Assembly: GCA_963803705.1 (NCBI GenBank)
Contig: CAWDNU010000001.1
Span: 384,001 to 448,000, forward strand
Length of the DNA: 64,000 nt
Reading direction: 5' to 3'
From: an uncultured Pseudobdellovibrionaceae bacterium
GTDB lineage: Bacteria > Bdellovibrionota > Bdellovibrionia > Bdellovibrionales > UBA1609
Part shown: positions 1 through 9,763 of the stretch, piece after piece
Layout: each line of letters opens with the position of its first letter
Position numbering within the stretch: position 1 is the first letter of the stretch
Translations under genes and position numbers: made by a program
Notes under the pieces: model-generated
Told to the model about the DNA's origin: nothing
The model's database searches: none
Seen by the model: only the letters and a program-made list of their open reading frames with translations

Positions 1-82
1 CTTTGAGCAATTCAGAAAAATAAAGCTTTCCAAAAACCTTTTCTAGATATTTAGATGCATTTTCAGTTTTTTTAATAATCAT
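1..82 (-). CDS. HTH/XRE-family antitoxin (HigA-like), 5' part only; runs off the window edge
   Basis: Not in ORF track. Manual translation from ATG at 82: MIIKKTENASKYLEKVFGKLYFSELLK...; SD AGGAGGT at 91-97; the start overlaps the stop region of an upstream RelE/HigB-like frame. Confidence 0.6.
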   Translation of the reverse strand, partial: MIIKKTENASKYLEKVFGKLYFSELLK

Positions 83-248
83 GTGGCATAACCTCCTGAA
101 TAATTATTAGATTAATTTCACCATCACCACTTATATTGTAGATGAGCCCCCATTTTTTGGTAAGGTAAACAGACTTTTGGCCTTTTCTGTCACCTTTTAA
201 ACTATGATCTCTAAAGCCTGATATCAACCTAACATAACTATATTTATG
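72..248 (-). pseudogene. Truncated RelE/HigB-family toxin (C-terminal half only)
   Basis: Manual translation: HKYSYVRLISGFRDHSLKGDRKGQKSVYLTKKWGLIYNISGDGEINLIIIQEVMPHDY*. The DHxLKGxxxG-x-S and terminal HDY pattern is typical of HigB. In-frame TAA at 249-251 cuts off the N-terminal half. Confidence 0.7.
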
Positions 249-254
249 TTACCT
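227..254. other. dif-like 28-bp site (11-6-11): ACCTAACATAA-CTATAT-TTATGTTACCT
   Basis: Inverted TAACATAA/TTATGTTA arms around a 6-bp spacer; the right arm matches the XerD-arm consensus TTATGTTAAAT at 9/11. Confidence 0.45.
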
Positions 255-478
255 AAATCGTAATTTTTTTAAATAAAATTAGTCTTTTTTGAATTAAAGT
301 ATGGGACTCATTCCACTTCGATCTGGTCGGAATTCTATAGCTTTAAAATGACAATTTACGACACCCAGATTTGGTACTTTAGACAGTTTTAATGTGCTCT
401 GGTATCAATAGTTTCATTCTTATCATTTGGTTTATGCAAAATATTTACTTCAGTGCTTCTAAATGATAGTCCAATTTC

Positions 479-1066
479 ATGTTTATATTTAAAATGACTG
501 CTTTAAGCATTCTCTCCATACTACTCGCATCGCCGGCTTTTTCAGCAGAGCAGAATCTAAATCCTCGCGTCTTAGAAAAATGTGATCTAAAAAAAGTACC
601 ACCTAAGACTATAAAAAAAAATAATTATATTGGAGGTGATTTTTGGTTACCAAAAGAAAAGAGGGGCTTGATAAAATCCCTATCAAAAACAAATCAAACT
701 GGTGACATAGCGGTTTATAGAGTTGGAGGAAAAGTTAGAGCCCTAGTAAGGAATAGAGGAGTTTACGACGGCAATGAGAATGAGCATATGAGAGATGTCT
801 ATCTATACTGCTTTAACTCTAGTGGAAATTTAAAACTATTCGTTGAGAACTACTCAGACTACTCTTTTTTAAAGGAAAATCCAGACTTTAGAGAAATGAG
901 TTTAACTAGGGTTACGACTTATAATAAGAACGGCAAAGAGAAAAAAATAAATGAAGAATATTACAATGGAAATGAAAAAGTTGAGCTAAGTAAAATTACA
1001 GATCCCGTACCCAAAAAAAGACCTCAGTTTCTTGAAGTGGAACAAATACAGTCGTTAATCAAGTAG
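479..1066 (+). CDS. Hypothetical secreted protein
   Basis: 195-aa ORF with Sec signal peptide (ILSILLASPAFSA); no family recognised. Confidence 0.7.
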   Translation: MFIFKMTALSILSILLASPAFSAEQNLNPRVLEKCDLKKVPPKTIKKNNYIGGDFWLPKEKRGLIKSLSKTNQTGDIAVYRVGGKVRALVRNRGVYDGNENEHMRDVYLYCFNSSGNLKLFVENYSDYSFLKENPDFREMSLTRVTTYNKNGKEKKINEEYYNGNEKVELSKITDPVPKKRPQFLEVEQIQSLIK

Positions 1067-1138
1067 TCTACGTTTCACCGGTATGCATTTCCGTTTCCTT
1101 TTAAACACTTGGTTTCGGTCTGATCTTTCAACGTTCTA

Positions 1139-1170
1139 TTGTGCCTTTTAGTATCAGCTAGAAGGCACAA
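1139..1170 (+). terminator. Stem-loop downstream of 479..1066 (probable terminator)
   Basis: TTGTGCCTTTTAG-TATCAG-CTAGAAGGCACAA, 13-bp stem with one G-U pair. Confidence 0.5.
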
Positions 1171-1473
1171 ATTTATCCTAGGCTCTAAAAACTGAGTTGA
1201 TCTAAATTTGAAATTTTACCATGACGCTAAAAAATTATGAGCCAAAACACCTAAGAACTAAAATATCGATTAGCTAACGTTTAATCTATCTGACTCAACA
1301 CTAGGTGAATAGATTTGAGACATTTAAGTAAACTGTTATATAAATGCGACAATTTGGTAACACAGTCTTAAATTAAAACAATTTTATGCACCTTTTTTAA
1401 ATAATGCTAAAAATTATTAAGAAAACGGTAATATTATCTACATCCGGTTTGGTATATATCCGATTTTATAAGT

Positions 1474-3552
1474 ATGAAAAAGACTAGATACGTAATTGTT
1501 GTTGTGTTGGGTTTTCTCTTAACTGTTTACAACGGATGTTCGCCTTTTGAAGCGAACTTAAGTTCAAGTGCAGCAAGACAGCAAGTTTCGCAAGATGCCT
1601 TTCAAAAAACATTGCATCCGGATTTGGTCATGCATTGTGGAACATGTCATGGTCAAATACAGAATCCAAAATTTTCTATGACCGACCCGGAAGGAGCCCA
1701 TTCAATTGTCATGCAGCGGGGGCTGGTTGATTTTAATAATCCTAGTGCCTCTTATTTTATGCAGAAATTAAGTGCAGGCCACAATAATTTTGACAACGCA
1801 GTTATAGATTCCATTAGATTGAAAATTCAAAGTTGGATCCAAGTCATGGAAGACTATGACAAGAGTGTGAACATCAAACCAATTGCGGGCGGTAAAGTAG
1901 AATTTGAAGAAGCGTCCCCAGGATCTATATTAGCCAAAATGAAAGCCATTACCCATGGCGGAGCAGTAACTGAGGCCGAATGGAAAGAGTACGCCTCTGA
2001 TACGAACAATAAAACGAAACTTCGTAACCTTGTACAAAGTTGGATGGATACACCAGAGGGTAAAGCTAAGGTAGAATTTTATTTGCTTAGAGCCTTAAAT
2101 CAGGATGTAGAATACGGCGAGGGGACAGAAAGGCTACTTAGGATAAGTAGGAATAATAAATTCTTAAATTCAATGAAAGAGTCAGTGAATCGCACTGCGA
2201 TGGATTTAATTGATAGAAATCGTCCATTTACTGATATAGCCAAAACCAAAAGGTTCGCAGTGAACACTGCTCTGTTAACTGCTTTTGCTTACATAGACAG
2301 AAATGTACGAGCTGACAGTTTTAATGATTTTATAAATGGCGGCGGCGGAAATTCAGCGGTCCTCATGGATGCCGACTATAACGATTGGAGATTTGTAACA
2401 TTCAGACAATCTGCGACAACACAACCAAAATATGACGATATAAATCATTGGAGAGGTATTGCTAACAATGCGACGGTTTCATTTGGTGTGCCTCGTGTGG
2501 GATACTTTTCAATGTTGGCCTTTCAATCTAACTACCCTACGAATGGCGCTAACCAGTATAGAGTTACGATAAATCAAACTTTGATTGCTGGACTAGGTCG
2601 TACTTTTTCGCCGTCGGATACAACTGAACAGCCAAGCATGATCCACATGGACGATGAGCATTCACCGCGCAACACACAGTGTTTTCAGTGTCACCGTTTA
2701 ATGGACCCAATGAGAATGGTCTTCCAAAATAATATGGACGACAAGTACCAGTATAGTGATAAAAACACTGATGTAGTTTCGTCATTCGCTTTTTATGATT
2801 ATGTAAAACCAATGGCAAGTCTTGACGACTTAGGTGATGCTATAGCAAAGCATCCTGATTTCGCAAAGGCGTGGACGCAGAAACTATGCGTAGCTTTCAA
2901 CACTGAAAAGTGTTTAGAAAACGACAGTGAATTTGTCAGAGTAGCTAGATCATTTAGCCAAAGTAATTTTAATTTTAAGACTTTGTATAAAGAGCTTGCC
3001 ACCTCAAGTTTAGTAACAGGGTCAAAAATAACTGACACTTCTAAAAATTTAGAATTCGCGGTTGCAAGAACTAGACGTACTCATTTCTGTCAAAATATTA
3101 ATATCAGACAAAGACAAATTCAGCAAAAACGTGGTATCGCCATGAGTCCTTATGATGAGGGAAACGAGATTTGTAGCCGAATCAGAGGGGAAGATGGTTT
3201 AGGGGATGATCATAGTGTAAGAGGGTTAACGGAAGTAGTGAACTCTTTCCCTCTTGATACGTTTACACGACAAGCCTTAGAAATGACATGTTCGAATCTT
3301 GCAGATTATATGGACAACTCTGGTAGAGGATTTGACTCTAATATTTCTAAATTACAAGAAAACATTCTAAATATGACGGAATTCATAGCTGGATTGCCCC
3401 AGTCACATCCAAGGCACCAAGCTGTTAAGGATTCTTTGGCGCTAGTTTTTAATTATTCAAGAAATACCTTAGGTATGTCAGACAGAGACTCTTTTAGGGA
3501 ATCCTTTAAGTTTGCATGTACTTCACCAGATTTCGTAGGAGTTGGATTATGA
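1474..3552 (+). CDS. Diheme c-type cytochrome lipoprotein, DUF1588/DUF1585-like (Planctomycete-cytochrome type)
   Basis: Lipoprotein signal ending YNGC; two CxxCH motifs (CGTCH at 1636-1650; CFQCH followed by RLMDP at 2680-2694); LDDLGDAIAKHPDF segment resembles DUF1585. Confidence 0.65.
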   Translation: MKKTRYVIVVVLGFLLTVYNGCSPFEANLSSSAARQQVSQDAFQKTLHPDLVMHCGTCHGQIQNPKFSMTDPEGAHSIVMQRGLVDFNNPSASYFMQKLSAGHNNFDNAVIDSIRLKIQSWIQVMEDYDKSVNIKPIAGGKVEFEEASPGSILAKMKAITHGGAVTEAEWKEYASDTNNKTKLRNLVQSWMDTPEGKAKVEFYLLRALNQDVEYGEGTERLLRISRNNKFLNSMKESVNRTAMDLIDRNRPFTDIAKTKRFAVNTALLTAFAYIDRNVRADSFNDFINGGGGNSAVLMDADYNDWRFVTFRQSATTQPKYDDINHWRGIANNATVSFGVPRVGYFSMLAFQSNYPTNGANQYRVTINQTLIAGLGRTFSPSDTTEQPSMIHMDDEHSPRNTQCFQCHRLMDPMRMVFQNNMDDKYQYSDKNTDVVSSFAFYDYVKPMASLDDLGDAIAKHPDFAKAWTQKLCVAFNTEKCLENDSEFVRVARSFSQSNFNFKTLYKELATSSLVTGSKITDTSKNLEFAVARTRRTHFCQNINIRQRQIQQKRGIAMSPYDEGNEICSRIRGEDGLGDDHSVRGLTEVVNSFPLDTFTRQALEMTCSNLADYMDNSGRGFDSNISKLQENILNMTEFIAGLPQSHPRHQAVKDSLALVFNYSRNTLGMSDRDSFRESFKFACTSPDFVGVGL

Positions 3553-4859
3553 AAAATAACAAAAAAAACAATAAAGACGTAGTGCTTAATAGAAGGGATT
3601 TGTTAATCGCAGGAATGTTATCTGGTGGTGGGATAGGATTAAGATCTTTGATGACGGGACTGCCAGTTCATTTTTTAACCCAAAGATCGATGGCAGCAGC
3701 AGGCGGAACATTTTTAGTTTACTGCGGTAGGAGTAGTGGAGATCCAGTCAATTGTAATGTGCCAGGTACTTATAAAACAGGATATGATCACTCTGAAGAA
3801 TTCAGAAATCCAGTAGATCTTCGAATCGGCACTCAAGTTCACAAAGCGGCATCAGCTTGGAACACCTTAAACGCGGATATTAAAAAAACAGCAAATTTTT
3901 TTCATTTACACACGTTAACAAACTCTCATAACGAAATGGATTCAGTCAGCAAAATCTTTGGAGCCATTGAACCTATCGAGGGGCGAACGGCTGAAATGCT
4001 ACCTTCTATGATCGCGTATGAAATGAGTAAGATGCTGGGTACTTCTTTAGACAATCCTATTGCCATGCAGGGCCCTTTACAGTTTAAAGGTCGAACGCAA
4101 ACGGTCTATCGCCCAACAGATATTACATCGCTCTTTCCAACAGGTTTATCAGACGCCCGAGTAAACGCTAGAAAGTTTAGAGATCAGTTGGTTGATTCTA
4201 CCTACAGAGACATCAAGACAAATGGAACCCCAGCACAAAAAAGATTTTTAGCTAACCACGCTATTTCAGGGGATAAAGCTAAAGAGCTTGGTGATCAATT
4301 GGCTCAGGCTTTAAATGGTATCAACGGTAATGGCACCGATGATAAAATGAGAACAGCCGCCGCGCTTTTGGCATTAAAAGTAACGCCAGTTGTAACAATG
4401 GGGTTAGACTTTGGTGGAGATAACCATGGTGATACAAATTTAACAAATGAAACTAATAAACATAAAAGTTCAATCGCAAGTATTAACCTGCTCTATGAAG
4501 CTCTGAAGGGTTATGGAATTGAAGATAAAACGATTTTTTCATTGATGAATGTTTTTGGTCGCACTCCAACTGTGAATGGTAGAGGTGGAAGAGATCATCA
4601 TGGTCAACAGAGCATAATGTTCTCATTTGGTAATGGTATCAAAGGCGGCATGATCGGAGATTTAATGCCTTCTAGCAGAAGGGGTTTCCAATCTTCGCCC
4701 CTTAACTCACAGACTGGTAGGGTTGAAAATCCGGATATTGATCACAAAGAAACGCTTCATTCAGCAGCTAAAAGTTTAATGGTTGCTACAGGCATAAGCG
4801 AAAGCAAAGTTAATAAAATTGTGACCGGTGGTAAAGTAGTTAAGGCATATTTAAAGTAA
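3549..4859 (+). CDS. Tat-exported DUF1501-family protein
   Basis: ATG at 3549 overlaps the upstream TGA (ATGA coupling); twin-arginine NRRDLL; C-terminal GDNH, FGRTP and GRDHH motifs typical of DUF1501. Confidence 0.7.
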   Translation: MKNNKKNNKDVVLNRRDLLIAGMLSGGGIGLRSLMTGLPVHFLTQRSMAAAGGTFLVYCGRSSGDPVNCNVPGTYKTGYDHSEEFRNPVDLRIGTQVHKAASAWNTLNADIKKTANFFHLHTLTNSHNEMDSVSKIFGAIEPIEGRTAEMLPSMIAYEMSKMLGTSLDNPIAMQGPLQFKGRTQTVYRPTDITSLFPTGLSDARVNARKFRDQLVDSTYRDIKTNGTPAQKRFLANHAISGDKAKELGDQLAQALNGINGNGTDDKMRTAAALLALKVTPVVTMGLDFGGDNHGDTNLTNETNKHKSSIASINLLYEALKGYGIEDKTIFSLMNVFGRTPTVNGRGGRDHHGQQSIMFSFGNGIKGGMIGDLMPSSRRGFQSSPLNSQTGRVENPDIDHKETLHSAAKSLMVATGISESKVNKIVTGGKVVKAYLK

Positions 4860-4868
4860 ACAAATAAG

Positions 4869-4941
4869 TGGCTCTGAATAATTTTTAGTAAAGCGACTCT
4901 TCAAAGTGAAGAGTCGCTTTTTTTATCAGAGCCATTTTTTT
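4869..4941. terminator. Bidirectional intrinsic terminator with nested stems
   Basis: Perfect 14-bp stem AAAGCGACTCTTCA-AAG-TGAAGAGTCGCTTT (4890-4920) plus T-run, inside an outer TGGCTCTGA/TCAGAGCCA pair, between convergent genes. Confidence 0.85.
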
Positions 4942-5960
4942 TTATCGAAAACAAGCGTCTCTTCGGTTCTGTCTAAATCGAGGATCCCTAATTGATGCTG
5001 CATGAGCGTCTATGCTAGTGGAATCCCAGTCAAAATAAGGCGGATTTTCGATTGTGACAAAACTGATCCCTAAAAGATTTAAGGCTGCAGTAAATTCGGA
5101 GTTATTTGAATCGTCAGCGGCAAAAAAAGCAAAGAAATTAGATTTTGGAGTTGTAAAGTTAGTATTTAAATACCAATCAGCAATATTCTCTGTGGGTGTA
5201 GTTGGCACTTCATCAGCTAAATCATAGGCACCGCCGATCAAGCACACACTTTTTGCACCAAAGACTTTGCCTATATAAAGTGCCTGGCCAGCCCCTTGGG
5301 AATGCCCACCCACACTCAAACCTTGCCACTGAACAGTTGATTGGTCACTTATCTTGACTGGAAAATTAAAATTTTTACTTTCTAAATAATTTTCGATCGC
5401 AATTAATCTATAGTTTATACTATCAGGTTCGGGGACATTAGATACACTTGTTAAGTTGGCTCCAGTGACTTTTTCTTCTCTTACAAGACCAGCACAGTTG
5501 TTAACGTCGGTATTTCCTCCACATTCTGATGAACTGTTGATCGCAAATCTATTATGGTAGGCGGGTTGCACTACAATAGAGCCAGCATCTAAACTCTCTT
5601 CGAGAAAAGTTCTAGAGCCGAAACTAAGATCATTTTGGTTGAAGGGTCTTCCCAGGCTGCCACCTAGGTGGATGTGCACACCTTTAGGATTTTATACGTT
5701 ACTTGGGAATGCGATCACATGATAGCCAAATCCTAAATTTAAATCTATACCAGAGGTGCCAAAAGTGTCTCTAGATGAGGAGTCAATTCTAGAGGGCCTT
5801 ATTGCGCACAAAAAGCCGTTGGTCAGCTGAAGTGAATGATCGCACACTGAAGGGTCGGGTTGAATGTAGTATTTACTTTGACTAGACCCTGAGTCACCAC
5901 CACAGCTTGTGAACAAGGGTAACAGAATAATGGATATTAATTTTCTTCGTAAAATCGTTA
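4942..5960 (-). pseudogene. Alpha/beta-hydrolase lipoprotein (BPSS1187-like) split by one in-frame TAA
   Basis: ORFs 5692..6036 and 4942..5679 are in the same frame (...FPSNV*NPKGVHIHLGGS...). GHSQG nucleophile elbow; lipobox-like LFTSC. Start position uncertain. Confidence 0.6.
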
Positions 5961-6025
5961 GTGTAACTAACAACCTGAACAGCGGGAAAACAAAGGAGTA
6001 AAACTGAATATTCTTCAACAAAGCT

Positions 6026-7195
6026 TCAGTCCACATATTTTAAAAAACCCTCATAGCCCTCTTCAGCCATTTTATTTTTAGGTATAAACCTCATTGCTGC
6101 TGAATTCATACAATACCTTAAACCTGTAGGCTTAGGCCCATCTTTAAAAACGTGACCCAGGTGGGACTCCCCATATTTTGATCTTACTTCTGTCCTAGGT
6201 AAAATCATTTTGAAATCGCGCTTAGTCACGACGTATTTGTCATTGATTGGCTTACTAAATGACGGCCACCCGGTTCCTGAATCAAATTTATCATTAGAAC
6301 TGAATAAGGGTTCCCCAGACACAACATCTACGTAGATGCCGCTATCCTTATTGCCATCATATTCATTTTTAAAAGGTGGCTCAGTGCCTTCTTTCTGAGT
6401 CACTTTAAACTGTTCTTCAGTTAACATTTCTTTTAAGATGTCATTGCTTGGTTTTTTAAATGTTTCCCAATCAGAATTCATGCGTATCTCCCTCTTAATT
6501 TTTGAAGTCGTGAACTTAAAGTTTTTCCATAGAATTTTCAACCTTCTGTCACGGCCAGAACCTCTACGATAAAAATTGTATTTTAATTTTGATTTTTTGT
6601 AATAGTCTTGGTGATAATCTTCAGCTGGATAAAAGTTTTTGAAAGCTAAAACTTTTGTAGCAATAGGTTTTTTAAAAGGTTTACTTTCTTTTAACTTAGC
6701 AAAAATGTCATCAACAATTTTCTTCTCGTTCTTGTCATTGTAGAATACAACTGAAACATATTGCTGGCCCTTATCCACAAATTGTCCGTTCGGATCAGTC
6801 ATATCAATCGTTAGTAGAAATTTCTGAACCAAGTTTTTAAAATTAATTACCTTAGGATCATAGACAACTTTGACGCTTTCGATATGCTTAGTTCTACCTG
6901 CGCTAACTTGTTGATAAGTTGGGTTGGCCATATCGCCACCAGAGTAGCCAGATACTACTTGTTGTACGCCCCTAATTTTTTCTAAATCTGATTCTGTACA
7001 CCAAAAGCATCCACCAGCAAAATAGGCCACAGCAAGGCTAGACTGGTTTTGTTTCGACGCTTGGACAAAATTTGAGCTAAGTAACATCGTGCTCATAGAT
7101 ACCAAATAGCCAAATAAAAAAATTGCCACGAACCTTGAAACTAAAAATGTACCAACTTTAAAACCTTTTAACTGACCAATTAGTTCTATTTTCAT
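6026..7195 (-). CDS. msrAB: Peptide methionine sulfoxide reductase MsrA-MsrB fusion with N-terminal export/membrane segment
   Basis: GGCFW (MsrA), [25 protein letters not shown] and RYCMNS (MsrB) motifs. Confidence 0.95.
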   Translation of the reverse strand: MKIELIGQLKGFKVGTFLVSRFVAIFLFGYLVSMSTMLLSSNFVQASKQNQSSLAVAYFAGGCFWCTESDLEKIRGVQQVVSGYSGGDMANPTYQQVSAGRTKHIESVKVVYDPKVINFKNLVQKFLLTIDMTDPNGQFVDKGQQYVSVVFYNDKNEKKIVDDIFAKLKESKPFKKPIATKVLAFKNFYPAEDYHQDYYKKSKLKYNFYRRGSGRDRRLKILWKNFKFTTSKIKREIRMNSDWETFKKPSNDILKEMLTEEQFKVTQKEGTEPPFKNEYDGNKDSGIYVDVVSGEPLFSSNDKFDSGTGWPSFSKPINDKYVVTKRDFKMILPRTEVRSKYGESHLGHVFKDGPKPTGLRYCMNSAAMRFIPKNKMAEEGYEGFLKYVD

Positions 7196-7291
7196 GTAAA
7201 ATTTACCTCTTTAACTTAAAGTTTAGCCAAAAAACGTCATTTTGAGTATAACAGAATCTTAATACAATATACGAATATCCACGGAGGTCCA

Positions 7292-7702
7292 ATGAAGACA
7301 ATGTTTTTAATCATAACTCTTCTGACAGTTTTTATATCAGCAGCTCCGGCAAAAGAGCTAACAGTAGTTATCGTACCAGACCTAAACGTAGAAGCCACAG
7401 CTTCAGATTTAATTCAGAACGGTGATCAAACCTTAAGTAGCAGCGCTGTAGTTAACTACAACGAGCCGACTTTAGTTTTTGGGAGCGGGTCAGTGAAGCC
7501 TTTAGCCATAATTTATTCAGAGTACTACGAAGCTTTGGTTGATGCAGAAAGTAATGTTTGGGAACCAGAAGAATCATCTTATCTAATTTCTTCTAACCCT
7601 TTGAAACAATGCCTTAAGGATCAAATTGGATCAGCCTTTAGCGTAGAAGCGCAGATCCCTTCATTATTATCTGATATCATTTTATCTGAAAATTGTGATT
7701 GA
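7292..7702 (+). CDS. Hypothetical secreted protein
   Basis: 136 aa, SD GGAGG, signal peptide. Confidence 0.65.
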   Translation: MKTMFLIITLLTVFISAAPAKELTVVIVPDLNVEATASDLIQNGDQTLSSSAVVNYNEPTLVFGSGSVKPLAIIYSEYYEALVDAESNVWEPEESSYLISSNPLKQCLKDQIGSAFSVEAQIPSLLSDIILSENCD

Positions 7703-7924
7703 TATGTGATGATGGCTCAAGTGATCAAATCGATATTTTTCGTCCCAAAGTATATTAGCTAAGACTAACTCGAAATAATGCTAATCTAAATTTTAAATCT
7801 CAGGTTCTAGATCTGTTTTTATTCCAATTGCTACAAAATTTAAATATCCATCTGACCAATTTCTGCATTATTAGTATTAATAAGTTTTTGAAGTTCAAAA
7901 ATATGTTGCTCAAGCTTTGATTTT

Positions 7925-8701
7925 TTATGCTTTCAAAAATTTAATTTCAGTATCTAACTTAAGCTTTTTATTTTTTAGATCAGGATCTTCAGGGCTTTGC
8001 GGTATTTCGTAAGCTTCGCTTAGTTTTTCTGTGTACCGATCTTTAACTAAGTTCAGTTCTTTTTCAGCAAGGCCGATATTGTTTTGAATTTTTTCAATGT
8101 CTTTTTTAAGAAATACTTTGCGTCCATTTTTAAATCCTGTTTCAAATTTAATTTTGAACTCATCTGTGCAAATAGTGGTTTGATTCTTTCCTGAAAAACC
8201 AAACTTGTACCCATTTTTAGTAGTGCAAAACTGCTTTAGACCGTTTTGGTAGCCTGAAAAATATTTTGATTTAGAAGAGCAAAAAAGATTAGCTGGCTTA
8301 CCCTCTAGCGCGTGCTCTTTACCAAATTCAGGAGAGCAAAAACTTTGCGCGCCTAGTTCGTAGCTAATTTTGTATTTATTTTTATTAGAGCAAACATTTT
8401 CCATAGAAAGCCCTTGAAAACCTCTAGAAAATGCCGAGTCTTCACTGCAAAATTGGTCTAGCCCTTTTTCATATCCTAAAAGGTATTCATCATTAGCTAC
8501 AGATACATTAAAGGGTAAACACTTAGCTAAAAACATTGAAAGTCGACTGGTTCGTCCGTCTTTTCCATCTTCGAACCCTTGGGTTGGCCAATGGGTCTTT
8601 TTGCATTCGTTTTTCTCAATGTTTGTACACCCTAAGAAAAAAATACAAAGCACGGCTGCAACGTATGAAGGTAAATGAGTTTGAATGCTATAATAGTGCA
8701 T
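7925..8701 (-). CDS. DUF2799-repeat lipoprotein with C-terminal coiled coil (tail probably frameshifted, continuing to ~7840)
   Basis: Lipobox FLGC; W..QGFEDG and repeated GY..GL..FC units; a +1 frame continues as KKSKLEQHIFELQKLINTNNAEIGQMDI*. Confidence 0.7.
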   Translation of the reverse strand: MHYYSIQTHLPSYVAAVLCIFFLGCTNIEKNECKKTHWPTQGFEDGKDGRTSRLSMFLAKCLPFNVSVANDEYLLGYEKGLDQFCSEDSAFSRGFQGLSMENVCSNKNKYKISYELGAQSFCSPEFGKEHALEGKPANLFCSSKSKYFSGYQNGLKQFCTTKNGYKFGFSGKNQTTICTDEFKIKFETGFKNGRKVFLKKDIEKIQNNIGLAEKELNLVKDRYTEKLSEAYEIPQSPEDPDLKNKKLKLDTEIKFLKA

Positions 8702-8779
8702 AAACTAATTTTTAAGGACATACAGGGTCGAGGTCAACGCTAAATATATATTCATCTTATTTAGACTAAAAGGTGAAAA

Positions 8780-8796
8780 CCGGCATAGCACTTGCT
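8780..8796 (+). promoter_or_regulatory. Sigma54 (-24/-12) promoter
   Basis: CCGGCATAGCACTTGCT: GG(8782-83)-N10-GC(8794-95) with TTGC, about 70 bp upstream of the kinase start. Confidence 0.7.
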
Positions 8797-8866
8797 ATTA
8801 ATTAAATGGGTTATATAGGCCATGCACTAAACCTCGCCAATGTCTTGAACGTTCTAGGAGATTCGA

Positions 8867-9763
8867 TTGCGCAGACTACTAAGTAGCTTACTTTTTATAG
8901 CTGGCTTAACAATAGCGGGTTACGGAATTTATTTAAATTATTTTGGAGACCCTAATACCCTGATGGCCCAATTCGTTTGGTTGCCCTCTTTGGGTGTTCT
9001 AGCTACTTTTTGGTTAGATCATAAACTTTTAAGAAGTCAGAATAAAAGCTTAGCCAACCAAACTCGGTTTAAGTCAGATTTTATTGGTGTGTTATCCCAC
9101 GATATCAAAACACCATTAGCTCGGATAAAGGCCATGGTTGACATACTTTCTTCTGATGTCAGTGTTCTAAAGTACGAGCAGAAAATGGCTTTGGTGCAAA
9201 TCGAGAAGTCTCAGATGGAACTGTCAAATTTCATAGATAACATGGTTCAGATGAGTCACTTAGAGGGCGGTCAGCTTAATCTTAAATTACGAAGCGCTGA
9301 TATCAATAAAACAATCACAGAAGTTGCAACAAATTTAAAATTTCAAGCCAATGACAAAAATATGGAACTTGTAACAGATTTGGAACCAATTTTCAGTTTT
9401 AAATTTGATCCGATTTTGGTGAAACAGATTATTGTGAACTTGGTAGAAAATGCTATCAAGTATAGTCCAAACAATACGCGAGTCTTTATAACTTCTGAAG
9501 ACAAAGACAGCGAAATTATCATACAAGTTAAGGATGAGGGACTAGGTATTCTGCCGAAAGACCTACCTTTTATTTTCGATCGATACTTTAGGTCTCATTT
9601 GGCAAAAACAACCTCTACAAAAAGTTCAGGTCTAGGCTTGTACTTAGCCCAAGAGTTTACCAGTCTTCACAATGGCCAGCTTACCGTAGAATCCAAACAA
9701 GGTAAGGGCTCTGCTTTTACGCTACGACTTCCTAAAAGCAGAGAGGTGTTGAATGACCACTAA
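8867..9763 (+). CDS. Membrane sensor histidine kinase (HisKA + HATPase)
   Basis: Two N-terminal TM segments, SHDIKTPL H-box, NLVENAIKY N-box, DEGLG and GLGL G-boxes. Confidence 0.93.
   Translation: MRRLLSSLLFIAGLTIAGYGIYLNYFGDPNTLMAQFVWLPSLGVLATFWLDHKLLRSQNKSLANQTRFKSDFIGVLSHDIKTPLARIKAMVDILSSDVSVLKYEQKMALVQIEKSQMELSNFIDNMVQMSHLEGGQLNLKLRSADINKTITEVATNLKFQANDKNMELVTDLEPIFSFKFDPILVKQIIVNLVENAIKYSPNNTRVFITSEDKDSEIIIQVKDEGLGILPKDLPFIFDRYFRSHLAKTTSTKSSGLGLYLAQEFTSLHNGQLTVESKQGKGSAFTLRLPKSREVLNDH

Noticed and set aside
1440..1466. Sigma28-like TCCGATTT upstream of the cytochrome gene
   Set aside because: No -35 match at the right spacing, and too close to the ATG.
5692..5694. Alternative genetic code or stop-codon readthrough
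   Set aside because: TAA, TAG and TGA all end conserved genes at expected positions in this window; a single internal TAA does not support recoding.
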